62,391 nucleotides of DNA from a virus (IMGVR_UViG_3300025392_000672:1-62391); one strand, 5' to 3'. Positions 1 through 10,419 are shown, numbered from the stretch's first letter. Numbers and translations are program-made. Notes: a model not told the origin generated them from the letters alone.

Positions 1-699
1 CCATCTTGGGAAAGTAATAAATATATTGGAAGTCCATTTAATTTTTATACATATAGTAGTATTGAAAGAAGTGTTAGTTTTAAATTTGTAGTTTATTCTT
101 TATCTTTGGAAGAACATAAAGCAGCTTGGGATAGAATTAGATTTTTAACATCATTAGTATATTCTCAAGGATTTGGAAGTAATTCTAGATATGTAGTACC
201 ACCATTTATAAGATTTTCATTAGGTGATTTGTATAATAAAAAATTTGGATTTATTGAAAGCTTATCATATACAATTGATGATAATACTCCTTGGGAAATT
301 GGATTAAATGGTACGGATTCGGATAAATATAAATTACCAACAATGATAAATGTTGATATAACAATTAAATTTGTTGAATCGGCATCAACAATTGGTACAT
401 TTGTTCCAAATGCAGGATTTGTTAATGTAAATTTATATGGATTTGGAAGCCCTTCAATTGATAGAGCAAATAACATCGATGGTAGTGGAGTAGTAATTCC
501 AGCTGAATTACCAAAACAAAACCCATCTGAGCAAAATAAAGGTGGAGCGGGAAGTAATATATTACCAAAACCTAATATTTCTCCAAATTTATTTACAAAT
601 TCTCCTGCGGAATCTCTTGGATATCTTAGAGGTAGTTTAAATAATACAACACCTGCAAAAACTGAATTAAAAAAACCATCAAAACATAAAAAAGGATAA
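1..699 (+). CDS. Baseplate/tail-tube-initiator-like structural protein (5'-truncated)
   Basis: Frame 1 is open from base 1 (PSWESNKYIGSPFNFYTYSSIERSVSFKF...PPFIRFSLGDLY...GFIESLSY...PWEI). This resembles contractile-tail tube/baseplate initiator proteins, and the gene lies upstream of LysM and hub genes. Confidence 0.6.
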   Translation, partial: PSWESNKYIGSPFNFYTYSSIERSVSFKFVVYSLSLEEHKAAWDRIRFLTSLVYSQGFGSNSRYVVPPFIRFSLGDLYNKKFGFIESLSYTIDDNTPWEIGLNGTDSDKYKLPTMINVDITIKFVESASTIGTFVPNAGFVNVNLYGFGSPSIDRANNIDGSGVVIPAELPKQNPSEQNKGGAGSNILPKPNISPNLFTNSPAESLGYLRGSLNNTTPAKTELKKPSKHKKG

Positions 700-709
700 A
701 AAATAAATT

Positions 710-1000
710 ATGTCAAGTAGATACGAAAATACTGGAACTAAAAAAACAATAGATGGTAGAGAAGTTTATTCACCAAGTTTTTATCCGAATATACCGTTAT
801 CGGATAATGATATATATGTTGCTACTGAAACAGGAGATAGAATGGATACTTTAGCAAATACATATTATGGAGATTCTACTCTTTGGTGGATTATAGCATC
901 TGCAAATAATATTCATAATGCAGTATTTTCTTTTGAAGATGGTACTATATTAAGAATACCTCAAAACTATTTAGAAATAATAAATAATTTTACAAAATAA
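710..1000 (+). CDS. LysM-like baseplate wedge protein (gp53/gpX-like)
   Basis: GDRMDTLANTYYGDSTLWWIIASANNI...GTILRIP LysM-type signature; structural gene context. Confidence 0.8.
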   Translation: MSSRYENTGTKKTIDGREVYSPSFYPNIPLSDNDIYVATETGDRMDTLANTYYGDSTLWWIIASANNIHNAVFSFEDGTILRIPQNYLEIINNFTK

Positions 1001-3573
1001 TGTATCCTCAGTTATCAAACATAGAAGATAAAATTTACGGAAGTATAGTAAATAAAGTAGGACTGGGTGCAACAGGCAGAAACTGTTTCATTAAAGTTTA
1101 CTCTGGTGCTAATAGTGGATTAATACTTCGTTCAAATGAAGATTGGCAAATATTCAGAGCAGCTGGTCAAACTGGTCCTTCTATATATGGTGATTCTGTA
1201 TCAAGTGGTGATATTGGATTGGATTTTGAATATAGAAGTGTTAGAGCAAATCAAAGTACCGATAGAACATTGATGCCAAAACCAATAGTATCTTCATTAA
1301 GTATTAAAGAAGGGCATGACCAAATATCAAGAGAATGTACATTAGGTATTAAATGTTTTTCATTAGGGCAATTAGAAAAGATTCAGGAATATTTTATGGA
1401 ACCTGGATATTCTTTATGCATTGAATATGGTTGGAACACTACTGATATTGCAGCAGGACTAGTACCAATTACAGGTACACAAGCAATCGTAAGCCAAATA
1501 ACACGTAATAATTTAGATTTAGATAAATTGCATAATGTTAGATTGACAACTTCTGGTTCGTATGATTCTTTTTTTGGATTTATAGTTGGTGGAAATGTAA
1601 AAAGTGATGGGGATGTATTTAATTTACAAATTGATTTAAAGGGAGCACCTGCATTGCCAACATTTTTACAAGCACAAAATTTACCCATTGAATTAAATAA
1701 AGATAAAAATGGTAAAGTTATTAGTGTAGCTGCAAAAAATCAAGAAACACCATATGGGATTGAAGAAACATATGATACAAGTAAAAATACAGATACTGAC
1801 TTTGTAGCAAGAAGAAGATTTAAAGCAATGTTTAATTTATTACCTACGTTTAGACAAGTAAGTACTGTTAAAAATTTAGAAACATCGCCATTGGTACATA
1901 TTTCCAGTTTTATTAATTTTGATAATGTAGTTACAAAAGCTATAACTGATTATGCACAACCTTCTTTATGGGACCAATTGACAAGTTTAGGAAGTGCTGG
2001 AAAAGTAAAAGCAGGTGATGTTGCAATTGAAAAATCAAAATTATTTTCAAAAAACAAATATATAAAATTCGATTTAGCTGTTGCTATATTAAATTCAAAT
2101 GGAGTTTTGGAATCATATAAAATGGGAGACCAGCAAGTACAAATTGGGATTGATATATCCGATAGTGTAATTGGAGCATTTCCGCTTATATTTTCTACAA
2201 AGGCTGATAAGTTAGTAATTCCTGGTAATATTCCTGATTTTTCACAATATTTTTTAAATACCGAAAAGGTAGACCAAGATAGCTTATTAAATAATTCAAA
2301 TGTATTAAACGCATCTATATGGGATGATGTTAATAAAACATTAATTTCATTTTGCGAACCAGCGGATACTCCAGCGGGATTTCCATTTTCAGAAAAGGCA
2401 AATTATTGGGGATATTTAAAAAATCTATATGTTAATTTTGATATGTTCAAAAGTAAACTTGAACAAAAAAATAAAAACATTAGAGAAATATTTTTTGATA
2501 TATTGAATGAAATGTCATCAGCTGTAAATTCATATTGGAAATTTCAATTAGTTGAAAAAATGGTTGATACAAATGAATTAGACCCAACTGATAAAACTAA
2601 ACAAAAAAAATTAAAAAAAGTACTTATTACCGTTATTGATGAAAATTGGGTAGGAAAAAATCCATCCGATAAACCACCACATTTATTTTATCATAATGGG
2701 GCTAGTAGTGTTTTTTTAGAATCTAATTTTGATTTTTCTATACCAGGTGAAATGACGGGTGCAATTGTTAGTAGAAGATTGGGATATGCGGTAAATCCAG
2801 ATACACAAATTGTTGATACAGGTACTTTATTTAATTCAAAAAATGATTTATTTATGCAGCCGGTAGTAGCTGTAAGTGGTACATCTGGAACAAGCGGTAT
2901 ATTTGGAACAAATGGTTCATCTGGCGTTAGTAATGTAGATACTCTTAACAAAGCAATAGCAGATACTGGAATATCTGAAGCAATCGTTGGTGGTCAAACT
3001 GAATATTTTTCAAAAAAACATCCTTCATCAAATGGCCAACCAGGATACGTTTCTTCAAATGACCCTGATGTAATTAAATATACAAGCTTAAAGCAGGAAT
3101 TAAATAAAATAACAACTGATAATGCAAAGAAAGGTTCTCAAACACTTAATGCTAATTTAGAAAAAATTGATGTAGTACCAAACCCAAAATATAGTGGAAT
3201 TGCAAATTCTGATATTGATGGGGCAGTTGGGGATGCAAAAGCAAATCAAGCTATAAAATCAAATTTCAATGAAAAATTTAGAATATATTGTTTTAATGAT
3301 ACTGCATTTTTAGATAGAATAAAACATACTAAATTTATAGGTTGGAAAGCACAAAGTGGAGGAGGTCAAAGATTATCACACCCATTACCAATTAAATATA
3401 CTTTTAAAATTTTAGGAGTAAGTGGATTGAGAAGAGGTGATACATTTAATGTAGTTGGTATCCCTAGAAAATATTCAGCAAATGGATTATTTCAAATTAC
3501 CGAAGTAGAACAAACAGTTGAAAATATGATGTGGACAACTTATGTTACTGGAGAATATAGACAATTTCAATAA
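1000..3573 (+). CDS. Putative baseplate hub protein
   Basis: 857 aa; follows the LysM gene. N-terminal PGYSLCIEYGWN and C-terminal GVSGLRRGDTFNV..IP..Y...FQITEVEQ resemble phage hub proteins. Confidence 0.55.
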   Translation: MYPQLSNIEDKIYGSIVNKVGLGATGRNCFIKVYSGANSGLILRSNEDWQIFRAAGQTGPSIYGDSVSSGDIGLDFEYRSVRANQSTDRTLMPKPIVSSLSIKEGHDQISRECTLGIKCFSLGQLEKIQEYFMEPGYSLCIEYGWNTTDIAAGLVPITGTQAIVSQITRNNLDLDKLHNVRLTTSGSYDSFFGFIVGGNVKSDGDVFNLQIDLKGAPALPTFLQAQNLPIELNKDKNGKVISVAAKNQETPYGIEETYDTSKNTDTDFVARRRFKAMFNLLPTFRQVSTVKNLETSPLVHISSFINFDNVVTKAITDYAQPSLWDQLTSLGSAGKVKAGDVAIEKSKLFSKNKYIKFDLAVAILNSNGVLESYKMGDQQVQIGIDISDSVIGAFPLIFSTKADKLVIPGNIPDFSQYFLNTEKVDQDSLLNNSNVLNASIWDDVNKTLISFCEPADTPAGFPFSEKANYWGYLKNLYVNFDMFKSKLEQKNKNIREIFFDILNEMSSAVNSYWKFQLVEKMVDTNELDPTDKTKQKKLKKVLITVIDENWVGKNPSDKPPHLFYHNGASSVFLESNFDFSIPGEMTGAIVSRRLGYAVNPDTQIVDTGTLFNSKNDLFMQPVVAVSGTSGTSGIFGTNGSSGVSNVDTLNKAIADTGISEAIVGGQTEYFSKKHPSSNGQPGYVSSNDPDVIKYTSLKQELNKITTDNAKKGSQTLNANLEKIDVVPNPKYSGIANSDIDGAVGDAKANQAIKSNFNEKFRIYCFNDTAFLDRIKHTKFIGWKAQSGGGQRLSHPLPIKYTFKILGVSGLRRGDTFNVVGIPRKYSANGLFQITEVEQTVENMMWTTYVTGEYRQFQ

Positions 3574-3575
3574 AA

Positions 3576-3935
3576 ATGAGTATATACTTATATCGATATA
3601 ATAATGTTTTAAATAGTGGAACTAATTTTGATATGCCCGCAATACAAACATATGTACCATCACCAACTGCGGATGACTATGTAAGAGGATATATTACTAG
3701 ATATTTTGTACAAAAAAGAAATGATAAAAATTCTCCAATATATGAAATTTCTTATGATGGATATACTACATTTATTGGACATTTTTATTATGGAGTAGTT
3801 GCTTTAGATTGGAAATTAACTGGAACTGATGATGAAATAAAAACGGCAAACGGAAAATCAGCAAGATTGGCAGCAAAAACATTACCAGCTATTATAAACT
3901 ACTTACCATATCTTCTTCAATTTAAAAAACAATAA
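3576..3935 (+). CDS. Conserved phage protein (PSPTADDYVRGYITRYF), probably baseplate-associated
   Basis: ORF packed directly after the hub gene; function inferred from context only. Confidence 0.5.
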   Translation: MSIYLYRYNNVLNSGTNFDMPAIQTYVPSPTADDYVRGYITRYFVQKRNDKNSPIYEISYDGYTTFIGHFYYGVVALDWKLTGTDDEIKTANGKSARLAAKTLPAIINYLPYLLQFKKQ

Positions 3936-3967
3936 TTTGGTAGTTTCAAATTAATTTCGTATATTTA
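3936..3967 (+). promoter_or_regulatory. Bacteroidota-type sigma-A promoter for tmRNA
   Basis: TTTG (3936-3939), 20 nt, TATATTTA (3960-3967); 12 nt before the tmRNA 5' end. Confidence 0.75.
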
Positions 3968-3979
3968 CATTATATAAAT

Positions 3980-4362
3980 GGGGATGCCTTGGACTTGATT
4001 GCAATGAGAATGGTAGTACCACACGTAGAGAGATGTGCTAGAGCTCTTTAAATCTGTACAAAACAATAACTGACGAAATGTCAACTATGACCTTCGAAGA
4101 CCTTATGGCTTTCGTAGGTGCTGATTACGCTGTAGCAGCCTAATCCCTCCCGCATCACTCGTGGGACAATTAAATAGAAGTGAACGAAAAGCAGCTCTAC
4201 CTATCGGCTGTTAAAAACTGATAGGATGGTGGAACGCCTGTATTAACCATACGGCCCTAATTCTTTTGGAATGGTAGTAAGATTAAATCATTATCCTAAA
4301 CGTGTGATATGCTGGTATTATGATTACTTTGTAAGACAGGGGTTCGATTCCCCTCATCTCCA
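3980..4362 (+). ncRNA. ssrA: tmRNA (transfer-messenger RNA)
   Basis: Acceptor stem GGGGATG (3980-3986)/CATCTCC (4355-4361) with a G3:U alanine identity pair and discriminator A4362. T-arm AGGGG-TTCGATT-CCCCT. Long-range pairings CACACGT/ACGTGTG and GTAGTACCA/TGGTATTAT. Tag ORF 4072-4143 follows ATAACT and reads DEMSTMTFEDLMAFVGADYAVAA*. 3' CCA is not encoded (ACTA). Confidence 0.93.
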
Positions 4363-4366
4363 CTAG

Positions 4367-4403
4367 AATCCCGAATTACTTTTGGTAGTTTGGGATTTTT
4401 TTT
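4367..4403 (+). terminator. Intrinsic terminator after tmRNA
   Basis: AATCCCGAATTAC-TTTTG-GTAGTTTGGGATT hairpin followed by a T run. Confidence 0.75.
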
Positions 4404-4412
4404 GTATCTTTG
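4381..4412 (+). promoter_or_regulatory. Bacteroidota-type promoter for the polA-like gene
   Basis: TTTG (4381)-N20-TATCTTTG (4405-4412); ATG at 4419. Confidence 0.75.
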
Positions 4413-4418
4413 TATCCT

Positions 4419-5702
4419 ATGATAATTGTTGAGTCTATTGATGAATTAAACGAATTGAGTACTAAGCTGGAAACCGAAGCTTCTGTTTGGTATCCTATGT
4501 GGGTGGACAATGATAAGCACCCTAATAACACTCATATATCGTTTATATTCGTTAGAACCCTAACGGACAAGTATATACTACCACAACAACACACAGACGC
4601 TCTATGCTTCTCTAATTACGAAATAGAGGGTGTGTTGAATACTGCCGGAGAAAAGTGGGTTTTTCAAAAGAAAAAGCTACTACAATCTTTTACAAATGTT
4701 AGGGAAGGATTGAATGATGTTGACACCGCTTACTTCTTAAAGCATGGTGAAACAATAGACTATTCTCAACCAATACAACACTTAGTAGCTCCTTACTTAC
4801 ATAAAGGTTATAAAGAGGACATCATTCAATCTATTCCCATTCTTAAATTGTGTGAAGCAATTGAGAATGAATTAACAAAATGTTGGAAACAAAAATCTAA
4901 AACTTATAATTGGTATAATGATATCTTCATACCAACCTTATCCAGAATTGAACGAACGGGGATTCGTGTCGATAGGGAAAAATTTATTGATAGATGGCCT
5001 CAAGCTCAAAAGCACATATCCAAAGCCGATTGTGTGTTTACCGAATATAATCCATTTACGGTAACGGGAAGACCATCCAATAGACATGGTGGTGTGAATT
5101 ATGCCGCCCTCAATAAATCGGATGGTAGTAGGGATTGTTTTGTTTCCGATGGAATTTATCTACAAATGGATTACAACGCATATCACCCCCGTCTGATTGG
5201 TAAGTTGGTGAAATTCGATTTGCCTGATGGTAATGTACATGAGTGGTTGGCTGAACAATATGGATGTAGTGTTGAAGAATCGAAAGGAGTAACATTCCAA
5301 TTATTATATGGTGGTATTGATGATGATTTCAAACAAATTCCGTACTTTAAGGCTGTATCTGATTATATTGATGAATTGTGGATTGAAACACAAAAGCAGG
5401 GTTATTTACAAACTCCACATAGAATCATTCCTTTAAGTTGGATAGAACAACCAAACGCTCAAAAGGTATTTAACTATCTACTTCAAGCCGTTGAGACTGA
5501 AATGAATGTGGATAAGATGAAAACTATATTGGATTATATTGAGGGAAGTGGAATCACATTTGATTTATATACATACGATTCGTTTCTATTTGATGTTCCA
5601 ACGGATGTAGACCCAAATTCAATTAAAGATTTGAAAGATATCATCGAAGAAGGTGGTTTCCCTATCAAAGCTAGTTGGGGTGAGGATTATGGAAAGTTAT
5701 AA
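4419..5702 (+). CDS. Minimal family A DNA polymerase-like protein
   Basis: TGRPS; motif A DYNAYHPRL; motif B KGVTFQLLYGG; NYLLQA; motif C variant YTYDSFLFD. ATG 4419 preferred over TTG 4410, which overlaps the promoter. Confidence 0.8.
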   Translation: MIIVESIDELNELSTKLETEASVWYPMWVDNDKHPNNTHISFIFVRTLTDKYILPQQHTDALCFSNYEIEGVLNTAGEKWVFQKKKLLQSFTNVREGLNDVDTAYFLKHGETIDYSQPIQHLVAPYLHKGYKEDIIQSIPILKLCEAIENELTKCWKQKSKTYNWYNDIFIPTLSRIERTGIRVDREKFIDRWPQAQKHISKADCVFTEYNPFTVTGRPSNRHGGVNYAALNKSDGSRDCFVSDGIYLQMDYNAYHPRLIGKLVKFDLPDGNVHEWLAEQYGCSVEESKGVTFQLLYGGIDDDFKQIPYFKAVSDYIDELWIETQKQGYLQTPHRIIPLSWIEQPNAQKVFNYLLQAVETEMNVDKMKTILDYIEGSGITFDLYTYDSFLFDVPTDVDPNSIKDLKDIIEEGGFPIKASWGEDYGKL

Positions 5703-5756
5703 TAATCCATATTTATACCTATAAAAATAGAGAACTTTCTCATTTGCGCAAATATT

Positions 5757-8700
5757 ATGAGTACATCCGAATTAATTAACGAAATATTGTCTGAATGGGC
5801 ATATAGAGTAGAGAATGGTATGCCTGATACTAAAAATCCTATTCATTTACAAGAACTATCTAATGTTCTTAACGAAATGGGGTTGAGTAGTGTTAAGAAT
5901 GAATTATTAGAATCCTTAAGAGAAGCTGGTAAAAGTTTTACTAATCCAGTACTAAATAAAGAAATTCCTTATAAAGCTACTGATGGTACTCAAAAGAAAG
6001 GTATTGTTGGAAATTTATTAAGATTACCTAAAGAACACCCTGGTAGAGTAGCCGCTGAAAAAATGTTACCACCGGATGCGGCAGGTAAAAAAGCTGCTAT
6101 GAAAGATTTGGGTTCTGAAAAAGATGGTCATAGTACAACTCCAAAACCTAAGAAGGATGGTGAGGAAACAAAAGATGGTGAGGGAGGTGAAGCTGGTAAT
6201 GCTGAAGCAGAAAAGCAAAAAGCAACACAAGCTATGTTCCAAGACCCAACATATGTTTCAGCTCGTTTAGATGCTGAAAAAGATGCTGCAGAGAAATTAG
6301 CAAAATCGGATGCTGATAAAGGTGAAGATGGTGGTACATTTGGAACGGATGAGAAAGATAAAGCAGAAAATCCAAGTGAAGAAACTCCAAACTTTAAACC
6401 AGTAGAGCCGGAAGAAATAACAAAAGAAATGCCTGAAGCAGATACAGCAGTATTCAATCAGGATTCAGATATAGAACAAATATCTCCTCAAGAAAGACAC
6501 ACAATTTCAACTAAGATAGATGAGTTAGCAAAATTAGCAGATGAAGCTAAAGCTAAAGGAGAAAAAGCACCTAACTATAATTTATGTAAAGTGACTGTGC
6601 CTGGTACAAACTTATATTGCGATAACAACTTAGGAATACCAAGAGAGCAAATGCCACAATTTAAAGGAAAACCACAACCTGGTTCTCCTGCTGATAAAAT
6701 GCCAAAAGATAAAAATGGTGAAGTAGATACCGAGGAAGTATTTAAAAAAATGTTGGCAGATAAGGGTATTAAAACAGCAGATACAGAAGTTCCAGCAGAT
6801 AGTTTAAAAGCATCCCAATCAGAATTAGTAGGAGCTAAAGTAGCTGGAATGACAAAGGCATTAGAAGAAGACCCATTAAATAAAGGAATTACAGCTCCTA
6901 TCTATGTAAGTAGAGATGGATATGTAATTGATGGTCATCATAGATGGGCAGCGGTAACATCTAAAGCAATTAAAGATGGTAAGCCGGCAAATATGAAAGT
7001 GCATGTAATTGATATGGATGCAAAGGATATTATTCCTATGGCTAATAAATTTGCAGAAGATATTGGGGTAGCATCTAAAAAAGCAGATGCAAATGCAGAA
7101 ACAACACCATCGCATAAAGATGATGAACACAAAAATAAAGTAATTGCTTCTAGAATACAAGATAAGATTAAAGGATGGGCTGACGAAGAAAAAGAGTTCT
7201 TTAAGAAAAAAGTATATAAAGGAAATTCGCCAGAAAGAAGAAGCTGGGGTGAAGCAATTAAAGCAAAAGGTATTGGAGCATGGCACGCAATTTTAAAAGG
7301 TGCTAAGCATGAAGTAGAAGAATTTAAAACAGCCGGTCATGCTGTTAAAGATTTAGTGAGTGGCAAGAAATTAGATAATCATCAGAAAAAAGCCCTTAAA
7401 GCAGTTGGTATTAAAGTGGCAACTACCGCTTTGTTTGGGGGATTGACTGGTGGATTAGAACATGGAGCAGCTAAATTTGCATTGCATGTAGCTAAAGAAT
7501 TAATTCCACACACAGTTGGTGAAACAATTGCTAAAGGAATTGGAAAGGCTTCTCTATTTGCTGGAGCAGAAGAGGAAGATATGTATATGGAAAAATTCAT
7601 AAATGCAATTTCTAAAAAAATGGCAGATATGGATATCACCCCTGAAATGTTAGAGCAAATGGTAGATACTTACAATGAAGATAAGGATAGTAAAACAAAC
7701 GAAGATATTTCGTATATGAAAGATGTGATTACTGAAACCGTAATTGATTTGATAAATGAATTAATGGATGAGGTTGAAGGAGCTGATTGGAAATTAGCAG
7801 CTAGAAGAGGTGGACCAGATGGTAAGATAGTTTATTTTAAATCTAAAGAAGCTAAAAAAGCTGCAATTCAAAAAGGTACGCATGTTGATGTAGATAAAAA
7901 ATTACAAGCAAAAAGTGGAGAACCAACCAATAAGCCAGCTGTAAAAGGTGCGGAATTATATGGTGCGGAATATGATAAAGCAAGAGCAATTACACCAAAA
8001 GCAGAGCCTGAAAAACCACAAACACAACCAACTGAAATAAAATCATTGGGAGATGCTATAATGTCTGCATCAAAACAAAAGGGTGATAAAAAAGAAGCAT
8101 TTGTTAGTAAAAAGAAAGATGAAATTAAAAATGTCTTATCTAAGATGGCGAATGGTGGAAGAGATATAACATTATTTTCAACAGACCAAAATAAGCAAGT
8201 TGGTATTAATAGAAAAAATTTAGAAGGTATATTAGATAAAGTATTTGCTGGAAAAGAATTATCAGTAATTGAAAGAGTTGATTTTAATAGAGTTTTTAAA
8301 TTAGTAACAAATCCTGATAATGGTGATGTTAAAATTTATATAGCCGCAAAAAATTTAGGTAAATTTCCACAACAGGGATATGAAAGTGTTAAAATTGCAC
8401 AAGATAATGTACCTATGGGAGATGCTATTAGAAAATATGCTTTACAAGCTCATTTAAACGTAGGTAAATCATCGGAAGGTGCTATTGGTAAAAAAGTATT
8501 GACACCATTAAAAATGTCTTCATCAATAAATCCAAAGCAGCCGGAAGTTGTTGTTGATATAAAAAGAACAAAAAATGGTATTCAAATTGGTGGGAAGGAG
8601 ATGAAGCGTTTAAAAGAATTAGATGAGAATGTATTAATAAAATCTCTTACAACAAAATATGGACCTGAAGCTGCAAAAAATAAAGCTCATTTATTAGTTT

Positions 8701-9938
8701 TACAAACAAAAGCATATAATCAAAAATTAGAAGATTTGGCTAAGATAGCTGAGCAAGCAAAAGGAAAAATACCTATGGCTAATTTTGGTGATGTAACAAC
8801 TCCTCAAGCAAGAACTAAAACTACCAATTCAATTTTAGATGGTGTTATTAAAAGATTTACAACTGAATTAAATACATATGGTGAAACTTTTGGTAAAATG
8901 AATGTTCCCGGACTTCCTTTAAATAAAAAAGTGTTTGATACTTTAAATAAATTAAAAGAATTAAATAAAAAAGGAAAATTGGAAACTGATGAAAAAGTTA
9001 GAGCTGAATATAAAGCTGGATTAGACCAATTATTATTGGATATGGCAAATTCGCCAGACTTTAAAGATTCAGTTGCAGATTTTGCCGAAATAAAAGCAGG
9101 ATTGCAATTCTTAGCAGAAGGAAAGCAAGTTTATTTTCCAGCATCTGAAAATTTCCAAACGGCAGATATTATTGTAATGCCTGATGAATTTAGTGTAAAA
9201 CCAAAAAGAGGACAAACTACAGAAGATGCAATTGCAGAAAATTTACAATTTTATGATGTAACTGTAACGTATGTTGGTGGATTGAGTGTTAAATACAAAG
9301 GTGGCGGTGGTTCTGCAAATTATTCTAAAATACAACAAACTGAATATAAAAATCCAGAAACAAAAAATAGATTATTAGATATTCAAAATGTTTATAGTTT
9401 GGCATATCCTAAAGATAAAAGCAAGCAATTAAACATTTCTGATAATGATATAAAAGCAGCGAATAGAAAAATAGATGATACTATTAAATGGGCAATTAAA
9501 TCCAAAATATTGACAAGTGAAGATGCTGATATTATTAAAAAAATTGGAGCAGGGCAAGCTGGGAACACATTGAAAGGTGCATTGAAAGATGTAGCTAAAT
9601 GTAAAGGAGCTAATAGAAAGAATTTTGAACAATCTATTGTATTACATCATACTATGATGCATTTAACCGCAGTATTAAATAATAAAGATGTAGCATATAC
9701 TAGATTTAGTAATTTTAATGAAGAAGTATCTCAAAATAAAGATGGACAGGCAACTAAAATTACGGATGATATAGCAGATGGTGTAAGTAAACCTTGTTAT
9801 ATGAATCCGCATCACAATCCGGGATTTGGTACATCAACAGACGAAAAAACAGGTTGTATAACAGGTTCTCCAACAAATCAGAATCCATCTCATATTGAAT
9901 CTGAGCCACCTAAGAATTTGTTAAAACTTAAAAAATAA
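5757..9938 (+). CDS. Large multidomain protein with a ParB/Srx-like domain and a possible C-terminal nuclease-like domain; possibly virion-packaged
   Basis: LKASQSE...PIYVSRDGYVIDGHHRWAA ParB-like motif; C-terminal TADII...LSVK; N-terminal LINEILSEWAYRV leader. Confidence 0.6.
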   Translation: MSTSELINEILSEWAYRVENGMPDTKNPIHLQELSNVLNEMGLSSVKNELLESLREAGKSFTNPVLNKEIPYKATDGTQKKGIVGNLLRLPKEHPGRVAAEKMLPPDAAGKKAAMKDLGSEKDGHSTTPKPKKDGEETKDGEGGEAGNAEAEKQKATQAMFQDPTYVSARLDAEKDAAEKLAKSDADKGEDGGTFGTDEKDKAENPSEETPNFKPVEPEEITKEMPEADTAVFNQDSDIEQISPQERHTISTKIDELAKLADEAKAKGEKAPNYNLCKVTVPGTNLYCDNNLGIPREQMPQFKGKPQPGSPADKMPKDKNGEVDTEEVFKKMLADKGIKTADTEVPADSLKASQSELVGAKVAGMTKALEEDPLNKGITAPIYVSRDGYVIDGHHRWAAVTSKAIKDGKPANMKVHVIDMDAKDIIPMANKFAEDIGVASKKADANAETTPSHKDDEHKNKVIASRIQDKIKGWADEEKEFFKKKVYKGNSPERRSWGEAIKAKGIGAWHAILKGAKHEVEEFKTAGHAVKDLVSGKKLDNHQKKALKAVGIKVATTALFGGLTGGLEHGAAKFALHVAKELIPHTVGETIAKGIGKASLFAGAEEEDMYMEKFINAISKKMADMDITPEMLEQMVDTYNEDKDSKTNEDISYMKDVITETVIDLINELMDEVEGADWKLAARRGGPDGKIVYFKSKEAKKAAIQKGTHVDVDKKLQAKSGEPTNKPAVKGAELYGAEYDKARAITPKAEPEKPQTQPTEIKSLGDAIMSASKQKGDKKEAFVSKKKDEIKNVLSKMANGGRDITLFSTDQNKQVGINRKNLEGILDKVFAGKELSVIERVDFNRVFKLVTNPDNGDVKIYIAAKNLGKFPQQGYESVKIAQDNVPMGDAIRKYALQAHLNVGKSSEGAIGKKVLTPLKMSSSINPKQPEVVVDIKRTKNGIQIGGKEMKRLKELDENVLIKSLTTKYGPEAAKNKAHLLVLQTKAYNQKLEDLAKIAEQAKGKIPMANFGDVTTPQARTKTTNSILDGVIKRFTTELNTYGETFGKMNVPGLPLNKKVFDTLNKLKELNKKGKLETDEKVRAEYKAGLDQLLLDMANSPDFKDSVADFAEIKAGLQFLAEGKQVYFPASENFQTADIIVMPDEFSVKPKRGQTTEDAIAENLQFYDVTVTYVGGLSVKYKGGGGSANYSKIQQTEYKNPETKNRLLDIQNVYSLAYPKDKSKQLNISDNDIKAANRKIDDTIKWAIKSKILTSEDADIIKKIGAGQAGNTLKGALKDVAKCKGANRKNFEQSIVLHHTMMHLTAVLNNKDVAYTRFSNFNEEVSQNKDGQATKITDDIADGVSKPCYMNPHHNPGFGTSTDEKTGCITGSPTNQNPSHIESEPPKNLLKLKK

Positions 9939-10005
9939 CCGGATTTTATGATTCAAATCACTTTTTCATATTTATAGGGGATAACAATATAAATAAGAGA
10001 AAGGA

Positions 10006-10419
10006 ATGAAGACTCAGTTACTGTGTACATTTACGACAAAAGAGGAATTACAAAATACACTTCAACAAATTAGAGAAATATATCACATTGTGTATAATTA
10101 CATATATGTGCTTCAAAACAAATCTAATTTGGATGAATTGTTTATTACATACAATATAGATACTGCTCACCAACCGGATACTCCGTTGGAAAATACAATC
10201 CTTATACATAGAAAAAAAGAATCAAACTCACTTTACACAATCAATGCTCTTAACGAATTAGTTAAAGAAGAAAATGGTGGTGTTTTGGATACAAAGTTTG
10301 TAATTAATTGGCAGAAATTCAAAAACTCTATAATCCTAACAAATGCGGAAGGAACTAAGAAGATTCAAACAAGAGTCTTTGAAGTAATCTCATTTGGAGA
10401 GGAAAACGAACAAAAGTAA
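10006..10419 (+). CDS. Conserved phage hypothetical protein
   Basis: Clean ORF (MKTQLLCTF...HRKKESNSLYTINALN) preceded by ATATTTATA. Confidence 0.7.
   Translation: MKTQLLCTFTTKEELQNTLQQIREIYHIVYNYIYVLQNKSNLDELFITYNIDTAHQPDTPLENTILIHRKKESNSLYTINALNELVKEENGGVLDTKFVINWQKFKNSIILTNAEGTKKIQTRVFEVISFGEENEQK

Noticed and set aside
4330-4365. tRNA gene suggested by the GGTTCGATTCC T-arm
   Set aside because: There is no local D or anticodon arm; the 3' stem pairs with 3980-3986, so this is the tmRNA 3' end.
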